Notes under the pieces: generated by a model | Database searches by the model: none | Told to the model about the DNA's origin: nothing | What the model saw: only the letters and a program-made list of their open reading frames with translations | Position numbers and translations under genes: made by a program | In this document: piece after piece, positions 12,881-25,800 of the stretch | How positions within the stretch are numbered: position 1 is the first letter of the stretch | Layout of the letters: each line of letters begins with the position of its first letter | From: Bispira polyomma | Taxonomy: Eukaryota | Length of the DNA stretch: 64,000 bases | Assembly (NCBI GenBank): GCA_965649765.1 | Contig: OZ287749.1 | Coordinates: 95,976,001-96,040,000, forward strand | Reading direction: 5' to 3'

Positions 12881-13823
12881 CTCATATATAGTCATGTATA
12901 AAGTTAAGAATGAAACTCGCATTTCTTAGAAAAGTAGCAATAGACAATATAAAATATGTTTTAAAAAAACAAAAACAACAAGATGGCTCCTTTTGGTAGT
13001 AGTGTAACTCAGGAGATGAGAATGTGAAATAAACTTCATAAATTTGAATGTTTGGATAATCGAGGCTCTATTCTACAGACTCGCATAAGTATGACTGTTT
13101 TATATGTCAGAAGGGCCTGGTTATTTGACTTGTTTCACTAAAGATAGTCAAGATATATTATATTATTAAAACAACTTTATTTTCCCCCATCAGATTCTGG
13201 TCACTTCAATAATAGCTCAAATTTATTCTATACGTATACCATTATCATTAAACTTTATATAAAAACATTTTTACAAAAACTAAGATTCAATACTTATAAA
13301 AACCTAGAAAATTTACTATCAGACATAAAAAAATGTGGTACATGTTCATGAAACCTTTTTCCCCTTGATATTTTTCTTCACATTAATTCACCCCACCAAC
13401 TAAAACTGTTTGTTTTTTTTCACTTATTGTGACCTCTGATGATTTAATGACTTGACTATCAATGCATACCTTATATATATGTATATTGTTGTATGGCACA
13501 TCAATACAACCACACAAATACATTATATATATATATGATGAAGGAAGTCTTTTGTTAAATCACTTGTAAACAATGTCTTTCCTTTTGTCATACCATACTG
13601 TTTTACATATTTCCGTTGTTTTCCTTAGGCTTGTTGCTTTAGAATTGCCTTTTCTTTTTGCATTTACAATTAGTTTTTTTCAGTTTTGTTTCCTTTTTGT
13701 CAATAACAAACATTCTAACTCACTGTAAAGATATATATTGAGATTTTTGTACATATATAAAGTGACAGAAGCTGTTTACTAGTTGATTTTCCCTCTTTAG
13801 TTTGAGTTTTAGCATGTCCCTAA

Positions 13824-13854
13824 TTACTGACACTCAGGAGGCAGACAGTTGTAC
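13824..13854 (-). CDS. SPTLC2: SPTLC2 putative terminal coding exon 13 ([10 protein letters not shown])
   Basis: Strong acceptor CTTGTTTGTTTTTCAG, phase compatible with the exon-12 donor, followed by a long U-rich (minus strand) 3'UTR-like tract. Confidence 0.6.
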
Positions 13855-16800
13855 CTGAAAAACAAACAAGAGAAATTGTCACTCAACACTTTTAATTTGT
13901 CACATTAGACACCGATTAATGCTTACAGGTTTCAATGCAGCTTTCTGCTACATTGAACACCTGGTGAATTGCAACAAGAGAGTGTCAGTGCAGAACGAAC
14001 AAAGTACACGTCGGTTGTCTTATAATATTCAAAATATTTTATTTTATACTTCTGCCATATAGCATTGGTGTATACTAAACAGTGCGAGTGTCCAATGTGT
14101 TTAGGGGCGAGTTTCAATAATTTCTTATGAGTTGGGAAGTGATTCTAATCACAGGCCTTCTTAATATACTTCTGTCATGAATGTATTTCCAAGAAGTTTC
14201 CCCCCATAAGGTGCAAAAAAGGTCCCCCGGTAGCTCCTCTATTTGGAGGCTCAATTACAGTGTTTATTCAGGTCAATAATAAGTTTTTCAGATAGGTGAC
14301 CATACGTGGGGGGTTTGTTTGTAGATAAGTATAACTGAGGAGGCATTTGAATTAGTACTTAAATATATTAGAGCAAAAGCTCGGGGTACGTACAATGTGT
14401 CCAAAGCATGGTAAACTCGGGACACGTTTCACAATGTTACATGTAGTGATAAGACACACAACTGGACTTCACAGTAAATCTGCATTTAATTAGTAAAACA
14501 CACAACATTTCTTCACTTCATCCTATATTTAAGGAATACCCATGTTTATACAACATGTAGCCTGTACAAACATTACATGTTGGCCTCAGTCAGACAATTC
14601 TGGGGCAGTTTGAGACGAAATGTTTTCAACAATTAGAAACCACTTGTTTACATCCCAAAACAATAAACAAAGCGCAGAGAGAAGGGTGGGGGTGGGGCCA
14701 GGTGGCGGTGCTGGTGGTGGTGGGGGGGGAGGGGGCTAGTGATCTTTCTGGTGGGCTTAGGGGGCTGCTGAGGCAGTTTTTTAATGTAGAGACGGGGGAG
14801 TGTGCTAGACTGTACGTGTCCGGAGTCACTTCGAATATATTAATTTTATGAATAGTGCGTCAATCGTCCCAAGGTGAAATATGTATAATTTATGACATTC
14901 ATATGTTAGTTTTACACACAGAGAGACTAAACAATAAATATGGTCGATATCGATAAACAGTTTACCCACTATTAATAGACATTGTCATTTGAGCTTGTGT
15001 TTGAGGTCACTGAGTGAAGTCTTATATATGACCAGCCCGAATTCTTCTGCTTACCTTTGTCGGAAGTCTGGGTCGTTCTCGTTGAGACTTGGCGGGGTCA
15101 AAGTAGATCTCTTTAAACGTAAGGATCCTCCCACTTCACTAATCACTACGAGTGCCTGCATTATACAACCTTTATGTATGAGTAGTGAGTACACCAACAA
15201 TTAGTAACCATCATTCCTGTAACCAATCTCTCTCCATTCTTTACCCCAAAGTCCCAGCAAAACTAAAAATTTTTATATATTACTTTACAGATAATCTGTT
15301 CACACACCCTCTTTTGTGACTTTCGCAAATTTCAGTAAACCCAAAAAAAAACATTTGCTAAAATTGTTACAAATTCACAAGGGTTATCTCAATATAACAA
15401 TACGTACTAAAACATTAAATTATTAGTGACATGAATTCTAAGGGGAAAAATATCCCCTATTACCATACCTGGTCACCCATTTTTTTGGCTTGGGGGCAAT
15501 AAGTGTCATAATTCTATTAATTACTGAATGACAATTTCAAGTGATACGGTAGTTGACCTTCAACTTAGTTGAATTTAGTTAGATTTTAGTCGCTTCACCA
15601 GCTTAGGTCATTCCTCAATGGCCAGAATTGATGGCGGAAGAAACCAAACGACCTATGGCAAGCACCAGAAAAAATTTCCCACATGAAGGAACAAACAGTA
15701 TTCAAACCCACATTGTTGAGAGGTAAAGCTGCGAGTGGGAGTTTTTTATAGATTATCGCCCACTCGAGACTTGATGCATCAGTCGATGTATCGAAAAAGC
15801 AATACCAACCAATTAAAGTACTGACACATACCTAAACTCTACCATTTTTTGTGTTTTTCCCACAATAAAACAATTTAAATTTAGGTGTAAATGAACTTAA
15901 AAGTTAAATTTTCACATATCTATTATTTATATTTGTCCTAGGCAACAATGTGCTTTTGGGGCGCATACTAAAATTCGGCCAATAAGAAATAATATGTACA
16001 TTTCCCATAAGCCCGGACTTAACAACTAATTGCCGCCGCAACTTTACTGAGAGGCCAGTAATTGTGAAGCTAATGCTTCTAACCACCAGGCCACCAATCT
16101 TACCTCACTGATGGAATAAATTATTGATTGAAAATTTCTAGTGTTACAGTGGTTCACCTTCTATGACAATAGCATGTATTACAGTAGAACCTCTATTACC
16201 CAAACTTCTGTTATCCGGATATTCGATTTTATGAACTCATTTCCACTCTCCCAAATTTATGTTTTCCTACCGTTTATCACAAAAATGCCTCTCCAATTTG
16301 ATTGAATCTTCTATTATCCAAACTAAACCTTGTGCTATTCCAGGGTGTTCAGATAATAGAGGGTCCACTGACAAGTGTGAGCAGTAGTTTACCTGATCTA
16401 TCATTTCCTTGGTGTGTGCGGCACTCAGACAGAAGCGAGCTCTGGCCTCGATGATCGGCGTGGCTGGGAAACCCACCACTACAGTGGCCACTCCACGCTT
16501 GATGCACTCGCGGTGAAACGCACTGCAAGGAGACAAGGACATTCACATTACATTACAATATCATTGACTTAAAGATTTGTGTAAAAGGGGAAATAGTACT
16601 TCTTTATAAGCAATTGTTTGTTGGTGTCAGGATTTCAAATTGTTGTTGCTCTGAACTGATTTCAGATTTGGAAAATTCTTTTATAATAACAAATAATATT
16701 AATAAAAATACTTACATTGCCTTAATAAACATTAAGAACAGTGGATGGCCAACCTCCTTTGTGTCCTCACAATATTTTGTGTTTGGGGTTTTCAACTAAA

Positions 16801-19800
16801 GTACACCACTGAATCACAGGCTTTACTAAGGTAGTGGTGACAGCTTTTTCGGCTATATGGCCGTGGTTTAGTTGACAGCCATCAACTGTAGCGTCCGTTA
16901 CTACGAGGTAAATTCTTCTTTTTTTATGTAATAAAATGACTGATTGATTGGGGTTTAACATTGCTTTTAACACATTTGTATAGCTCATATCAGGACGGGC
17001 AGTAAAGTCTTACTGATGGGGGAAAGGTGTGCATAATAGTTTGTCAAAATTCTGTACTGTAAACCACCGGGTATCAGCAAGTAACTGCCAACTTTCCCAC
17101 ATAATGTCGCAGCCCTGATTCAAACCCACAACCTTAGAGGTGGGAGGCAAAATGATTTCAAAAAAATTTACAAATTGGTTTCAATATTTTAATTGTTAAC
17201 ACTATGGGGGATCCCAAGCTTTTACGTCCAGTAGAGTTTCATGCCTTATTCTAGTTAATTATTTATTAATATATAAATTTTAACATATTAATGGGTAAAC
17301 AAATTTGTCATTCAAGTTTTCTGACTTTCTTATAGTCAATAACAATACATGCAATCAGCTTATAAGTTGTACCCATTGACACACCCACAGTAACTAGTAA
17401 TAGGTCGCATATTTATGCAGCAGATTGTATCCACTTTATTTAACCAAGGTCAAAGGCTTTATAACGCAGTAGGTGATATATACGGTCCAATATGAAGAGG
17501 ATATTTTTGACAAGATGGCTGCCAAAACTGAAACAATTTTTGAAAAAGTATATAATAGCTCGTTTACATCCTAGAGCATCAAATGTAAGGCACCAGGTGC
17601 GTTATCTCTTACAATTAAGAAGATATCGGACAGTTCTTTTTTCAGCAAATTGTGAAGCCAAAGCAGAAAATATTTTGGAAAATGTGTAGAATAGTCTTAC
17701 TCTAGTGGGTAAAAAAAGAATCAACACTTTTTTTACATTTTGTACGATTTATCAGCACCAGTCGGCCATCTTGCCATTTAGAGGATGCAATAAGTACAAT
17801 AACCCTTGAATTATGCTGGTATAGATGGACAGAAGAGCAGAAATTAGTCAAAGCCCGGACTTACGCTATTTTCGCTGGACAGTACACTAACATGGGGACG
17901 ACTGGAGAGTCCAAGTTTCCGTAGATAATAAAGCCCATCTCGTGCAGGCGGCGCCGGAAGTAACGGCAGTTCCAGGCTAGCTGACAGATTCTCTTCTTTC
18001 CTGAAAATATGGAATTACAGTACCTCTTAAATTAAAGCTCTGATAAGTGAAATGAACTGTTTAGTAGAAGTTATTGTGAGGTCCCACGTGCTATAAATTT
18101 CTAATTAAAATTTAACCGGTTAATTAGAATTTCTGTTGAATAGAACATATTTTTTATGGTCCCTTCAGATTCGACTTAACATGGTTCCAATCCACTTGTT
18201 ACAACTAGAATGGCCCTCTCCAAAACAAATATCCTCTTAATCAATACAGGGAGATCTTTCACCTTTAACAATGTATGTGATTCAGCAGCTCTTTCCTTAT
18301 AGTTTATATAAAGCAAATTCCTGTCAGGCTCCTCTACTTATTACTAAATGGACTACATTGGTATAAAAGTCAAACCTCTGTCTGCTAAAGGCCAGCCTCT
18401 CTCTCTCCTGGCCTCATAATGCCCCGGTCACATATTGGCGGTGTGGTAGGTGGTACCAGACGGGTATAGTAACTTGTATTTTCTATTAAATCGGCTATTC
18501 CATCTTGGTAGAAATATACCCCCCACATATGGTCCAGATAGGTATTACAGATGAAAACAGAAGATTACTGGCACAGAAGTATTACAGTAGTGATACGGAA
18601 AAAGTCGGAAATAAGTTTGTGCACTTGTTGTAAATAGATAAAGCCAAGAAACTGTGATTAAAGCCTTTCACTTTTCACTTTTTTGCTTTTGTACCTGATC
18701 GTACCAAAATGTTCCAGCCTCAATACAATAATACAGCAGATGGTATAAAGATGGATTAGGTGTATTCATTGGCACAAACAACCACAAGCATCAGCCAACC
18801 AGCCTTTAACCAATTAGATTCTTTGGGACATTTCAAATAGACTAATGACATGATAGAACACACAACACCAATTCATCACTTCCTCTTACCTTCATCCGAG
18901 CCGTCCTTGCCCATGATTTGATTGGTTGCGGCAATCACTTGCTGGACTATTGGGGCAGGCATAGTGAATGCATAGCAACTACTGTGTGAGTGCACACGGA
19001 TGTGGTCTATCAGTTTCTGAAGTTACAGCATAGTAAATATAGGAATAACTACCAGATTGTAAGACAGTACACCGCAAACCTATTTGTGGATCAATGGCCG
19101 TGTGTGACCCTTGTGCAAAATCATTTTGGTGGACCACAGGGCCAGTAACTGGGAAAACTTACTGGTCCCACATAAAAGTGGCAGGTCCTGATCATTAGGG
19201 ATAAAAATTGAAAAAAAATAGTAATAAACTAAATTAACCGAAAATAAGTAATATGTTCACCATTCTAGTTGATGAAGTTCATAAAATTGGAATTAAAATT
19301 ACAAAAGTTCTAAAACATCAAAAGATCCACTGGCCAGACAACCACAAAAAGATTGTGGCCCAACTCAATACTTGAGTGACTCGGCCTGATGGTCCAGTGT
19401 ATTGTTCCTACACTGATGGTATCGAAAACTAAATAAATTTATGAACAACTGCATTTTAAGGTGTATAACTATATTTATAACATTTTATAAATTATTTGAT
19501 GCATATTGTTTTGGTTCTTTTTTTTGTGTATATAAATACTGATAAACATATACACATTTTAGCATTGAATGGTTATTTGTAGAAATACAGAGAAATTAAA
19601 ATACAATCTTTCCACTATCTTTTGTTCAGGAGAGACATCGCATAAAATAAATACTAAAATGTCAATATTGATTAATGTGATAAGTCTGTATTTAACTTTA
19701 TTATCGGTATTTATTAGTGTTGTTATCGCTTACAAAAATCTAAACCACTTTCCGGGAGGTAAAAAACAAATGAAATCCGGTATATTTCATTTCATATTCC

Positions 19801-22800
19801 CCATCTTCTCTGGTGAAGCAGGTGTACATTATGCTAATAGGTATACAAAAGCTAACACATAAGCTAATACTTTCTACTTTTCAAATACCATCTCGAAAAC
19901 ACACAAAATGTCTACATTATATTGCCATTTTGTTTCATATATTGTGAAGAATACATGTAATGTCAATATTTTAAAGAAATACGATATGCATTTGAAGGTA
20001 AAATATTAATATTTTCGCCAATCAGTGCTACACACTGATTTCCATAGTTGTTTCAAAACAAAATGAAATGTTGCACACCAGTACACTGTCAACAATAGTG
20101 GGAGGATGATTAGATGTGTGCTCAATTAATCGTCTGTGATACTGCATGATTATCCACCAAATAGTGTTGTTCCAAACTTCAAATAATAAGATATTTTGAT
20201 GTTTTAATGTAATTTTCCATAACTTTTATGTCAAATACTTCCAACTTTTGTCACTATTAGGCTTGTTTTTATTTACCGACCGTGTTTACCGGAAGTCATA
20301 TAGGTTAGCGGAAGATACTAAATGTCAAACGTCTGAATCCAAACGAAATTCTTACCGGATCACAATATACTTGGCCCGGGATGGCATGAGGAAATACCTT
20401 CATATTTCAAACAACAAAATTAGGTGGATAATCGATTACAGGTCGATCATCGGTTCGACAATTGAGCAACTAATCGACCTGCAAATTACAGACTAATTCC
20501 AAACACTAGTCAACACTCAACAACATTAACATTTGTACACGACACTGGTCTATGTTACCCCCACATACCTTCCTTCCAGCTATGTATCCCCCAGCAGCCC
20601 CAAAGCTCTTGGTGAAGGTCCCCATCATGATGTCCACCTCGTTAGGGTCCACACCCCAATAGTCACACACACCCTTGCCGTTAGGACCCAGCGCCCCAAT
20701 ACTGTGAGCCTCGTCTAAGTAGACATACGCCTTGTACTTCTTCTTGAGGGCCAGCACTTCAGGGAGTTTGATGATAGAACCCTCCATACTGGAAACCATA
20801 TAGCAATGCAGACATGTTATTGTGTGAACCTCGTCTAAGTACAGGTAATGCCTTGTACTTCTTTTTGTAGTTTGCATTTTTCCAACGCACCTTATTGATG
20901 ATGCAAGGTATCTTCTAAAGCGCAACAACAGAATCAATTAACCAATCAAGAGAAGTCCAAAACACATACCCCAGGTCGGTAAGTGCAGGTGTACAGGGAG
21001 GGAACTAAAAGGGGGTACTAAGTAAGTTGAAGAGAAAGGTATTTACTTTTTTTGCTCAACCCAGAAAGTGTTTCTAGTGATCTAAGCTCAACATGGGAGA
21101 CTACTCCACAAACATAGGGGGCAGCAATTGAGATTGCTCTAGATCCAGCCCAGCTGAAACAGAAAGACACTTTCCTCTCTAACTTGAGGTTATTGAAGGA
21201 AGGAGGGCCGTTGAAAAACAATAGCTTTGAAAGTGATTACATGAATTTCAAACAGAATTTGATAATGAATGGGAAGCCATATAGAGTTTGATTGGCCAAA
21301 AATATTGTTTTTCAGATAATTTGATTAGCCGAGACTTGGAAAATTCTTTCTATTAAATTGTATTCTAAAGAGCTTCACAGACTTCCCACGACACTACATA
21401 AAAATAGAAAAAAGACAATATATATTGATTATTCAGACTAGTCCCGGCACAACACTGCACGACACTGCAATTGGCCTTGGAGAAATATCTAAAAAACGTT
21501 GTGCCGCGTTGTGTCGTGGGCGGTAAAGCCCTTAAGAAAGTTTGTGAATATGGTTTTTGACTGTACCTGTAGACGCCTTCCACTACTAGCAGTATCTTCC
21601 TGTATGGCCTGAAGGTACGAGGTTGTCCATACAGTACCGCATCACGCAGCTTCTGCTCAAGATCCTTCATATCTGACAAGACAAATGTCACTTCATGCAA
21701 GTCTTACTGTATTCATACTTAAGTGCAAGAACACATCAATATTCAGTGTTTTACTATCTCTAACAATTTTAGTGCAATGCAGTTTCCCTTTTTTTCAGTT
21801 TTTCACTTGAACGAGTAAATGTTTCTGTGTTGAAACTATATTAACAGAAAATATCGCACCTTTTATAAAGATTGGCTGAAACTGAGAAAATTCTAAGAAT
21901 CTACACAGATATGACCCTTGGTTTTTATTTGGGTGAAGTATGACAAGACTAAGTCAGACCCTAGCTTAGTAATTTACTAGATTGTTAATTTTAGCTCAGC
22001 TATAATATAGTTTTATCGTGTTTTGTTCACTTACCATTGTGTTTGTAGACTTTGATGGAAGCCCCAGACAGTCGACAGCCCAGAACCAGGGAGGCATGGT
22101 TGAGTTGATCACTGAGGACAAGGCAGCCCTGGAATAAAGAGCATTATTATGATTATTATGTCAGACTTTGTAGCGCTTGTTTCCGTTGTAACGAATTGTA
22201 AGGCAAACCCACATCCAGAAACTTGTACACTATTATAGCAGTTTTAAAAGCACACCAATACCTAACAGGGAGCCAATGTAGTAACTTCAGAATGGGTGAA
22301 GCACGTAAAATTCGAGCGGATCAACTGACCGGACATGGCAATGAATGATACAAAAGTCAGTAGAGGGTGAAATGAAGAGGTGACTGTTACTACAGGGTAA
22401 CTCTAAAATAGTCACTACAGAGTGACATTAAAATAGCGACAAGAGTTAGTACAGGGTAATTAAAATACATGTACAGAGTAACAGATACCTAGCTACTAGG
22501 TATAGAATGGACAGGGGTCGATGTTTCCCAAAATATGGGGGTAGTCTGCCAGACTGATTTTTAGTTTTAGAAGTCCAGGCCGAAATTTGGTAGTCCAGCC
22601 TAAATTTAGTCAATCTAGTCATCATTACTTTTATTACTAGGATGCCGTGTTGGTTAAAGTTTAGGTACAAATTTGCCAATATAGTTTAAATTCAATGAAG
22701 GAATCTGTCGGACTTCCTTTTGCAAACTTTTTTATTGTATTGTATTGTGCATTTTTAACGCGCCTTATTGATGCTAGGCATCTTCTAAGGCCTAACATTT

Positions 22801-25800
22801 ATTAAGCTGTGTCAACACTGAAGGATTTTCATAAAGTCATGAATGAAATTGTGACATTCTAAAACTAAATGGGTATGTCTATATATTTGGTAAAATCTGA
22901 AACAGCTCATCACGTTAAGGTTACCTTTTGTACAGCCACTTCACAATGTCATAAAGAAGATCAAAAGAACATTTAAATCTAAAGACATAAACTGTTAATG
23001 ATTTCTTCATTGCACATCAGCCCCAATCAATGTCCTGGCACCAATTTAATGACCTGTACATGTGAATGTCTCAGTAATAAATGTAACAGATTTAGATCTT
23101 CGAACAATGCACCTTCCAATTAAACTGATTTCATGTTGTTTGTTGTTTGATCTCTTACCTCTTTCTTAAGGTTACATGATTATATTTTAAAATTTTCTAA
23201 GATTAAATCATGAAGTGGCATTCAAATCTGAGATCTATCTACTGGCAATATACTTAAAACTACGGAGGGGCTGCAGTGGCCTAGTGGTTAGAAGTGCTTG
23301 CTAATAATCACTGATCTCTTAATCCCATTCATTCCTTCAAGAAGGAAAGTTTGTCAGGTACTTTCCGTAGGATGTTAGTTTACAGTGTTTAAGCACCTGT
23401 TTCTTCCACCATTAAATCTGGCCATCGTGATATGACCTAAGCTGTTCAAAGCAGTATCATCCCCAACTTAATTCAAATTCAACTAAACCCAAACTACTGT
23501 ACATATAATGGTGGACACATTTTTTTCCCAGTGAGATAACTGATGAATTGATGATATCAAGTTTTCTGAAAAGTTTTCCACCCACAACCTTGAGTCAGAG
23601 GAACTTCTGTTAGGACCTATTTCTAAACATCCTTTGTTGCTTTGTGATTTTAGTAATCACCCTCTTGGCTAAAAGACTAAACTTAGACGTCAGCTGTTTC
23701 TGAACATAAGTGCAGCTCAGCAAATGGCTGCATCAGTAAAACGGACTCTGCAGGGAGTGGAAATCTCAAGCAATCTTTTTAAATCATCTTGAATAATTAA
23801 AATTTTTAATAAAACTAGTGAAAATTTAGAATAGCAATTTAATAGTCGTAGTAAACAGGGATTATAAGTGAAAATTGTAAACTAGCCAACTTATATTCTC
23901 GGTGAAAACTTTCACACATGTTCAATGTAGTGTTTTTAATCCAGGGAGAGTCAAACTGAGCGTTTGATAATACAGTGTACAATTAGACTTATTATATCAA
24001 ACTGCAACCTTGTTTTGGGGTTAAAATAAATGAAGAGTGCTTTTTTGAATACGATTATTCATTTAATTGACACTGCATGATGATTCATAATAAGCTTTTG
24101 TTTAAATTTCACGATTTCACTGCCAAAACGTACACAATCATTCAAAAATATCAAGCCACTTATAATCACCAAATATGTATATACGACACAGTGTTTAGTA
24201 TAACTCCGAAATAATAAAAGGTACAACTTTAAAAAATTTAAATGAATGTTAATTGTTGTATCTCACAATCTACTTATGTCACCAGGCCGACACTTTCTGT
24301 AAATTTAAATGTCGGTTTTGAATTTCCTAACGAGACTTTAAAATCTACTTTGTTATGCTTTAACCGATTACACCTATACTGTTCATATGTTTAAGAGACC
24401 TTTATGCCCAATAGAGGGCCCGGTACTTCCTGTAACATGTAAATTTGTTTTTCATTATCATATTGTAAATTATACGTGTCACCTAGTCACTACAATGAAA
24501 TAAAATAAATCAAAAAATAACTAAAGGTGGAGCGAATATTTATAGGACGATTAATAAGCTAACTATGCACATGTTAATTAATATTATTATTGTTATTATT
24601 ATAGATTTTTAACGCGCTTTATTGATGCTAGGCATCTTCTAAAGCGCAACAGCAGAATCATTAGTCCAATCATTAAGTCCATGGAAATTGCAGAGTCGTA
24701 AGGAAGGAAGTGGGAGCGTGCGCGAGGAAAGCTAAGGTGGGTAGGCAAGATTAAAAAGATAGGTTTTAAGTTTTTTCCTAAAACCGATAAGTGTGTCAAC
24801 TGATCTGAGGTCAAATGGGAGACTGTTCCATAACCGTGGAGCTGCGGTGGAGAACGCTCTGAAACCCGCCTTTCTGATTGGTCTAACCGAAGTGACAGAG
24901 AGTCTGTTGCCTCTCTTGCGGTTACTAAAGGAAAGAAGGGAGGCAAGGTAGGGTGGCTGTTGAGTGATTACAGCCTTAAAAGTGGTAACGTGAATTTTAA
25001 ACAAAATTCGAAATTCAATGGGCAACCAGTGTAATTTTTTGAGGTAAGGAGTAACGTCTGTGCGACAACCCAGGCGAAAAATGACCCTACATAGGTAGTT
25101 TTGGATGGACTGGAGCTTTTTAATGTTTGACTTATTTGCTTCGTACAAGAGAGAATTGCAGTAGTCGAGGCGGCTACTTACAAGGGCATTTGCCACAATT
25201 ATCGCTGTGTCCATGGACAAGTGGTTTCTGATTCTTTTGATGTCGCGTATGTGGTAATAGCAGGAGCGACAGATGTTGGCAACATGAGTATCGAACGAAA
25301 AAGCTGAATCAAAAGTGACACCCAGGTTTTTAGCATTTTCGGAAGGTAGTATGTCTTTTCCCAGCAGGGAGATGGGAAACAAAGATTTTTGGAGTTCACT
25401 GTTTTTCTTGTTTCCTATGAGGATGAATTCTGTTTTGTCAGGATTAAGCTTTAGTTTGGAGTAGTTCATCCACGCCTGGACATCAGACAGACAGTCTGCA
25501 AGTAGGTCTATGTTAGTATCTGCGTTTTGTGCATTGAGGGAGAAATAGACTTGAGTGTCGTCTGCATACATGTGGTGTTTTATATTGTGTTTATTGATGA
25601 CAGTGCTGAGAGGATGTGTATAAAGGGTGAAAAGTAGAGGACCAAGGACGGATCCCTGGGGTACTCCATATGGAAGTTTTATGGAAGATGATAGGTGATC
25701 ATCTAGTTTAACTCTTTGTGCCCTAAGAGTAAGGTAGGATCTCATCCATTTAAGGACACTGCCATTTATACCGAACCACTGCTTGAGAGTGTCGCAGAGC

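Noticed and set aside
3612-12885. Numerous 60-110 aa ORFs in the track (here and elsewhere)
   Set aside because: No recognisable motifs and AT-rich composition. Many are antisense or off-frame shadows of exons and LINEs, as expected by chance.
14680-14770. G-rich tract and antisense Pro/Thr/Ser ORF 14626-14829
   Set aside because: Low-complexity intronic sequence with no convincing splice signals or homology. G4 potential only.
19070-20510. Cluster of possible hAT-type remnants in SPTLC2 intron 8
   Set aside because: It looks TE-derived, but I could not define TIRs or TSDs reliably.
20506-20937. 143-aa ORF with two LDE-x-H motifs as a real protein
   Set aside because: It is exon 8 plus intronic read-through across a decayed duplicate and an L2 tail.
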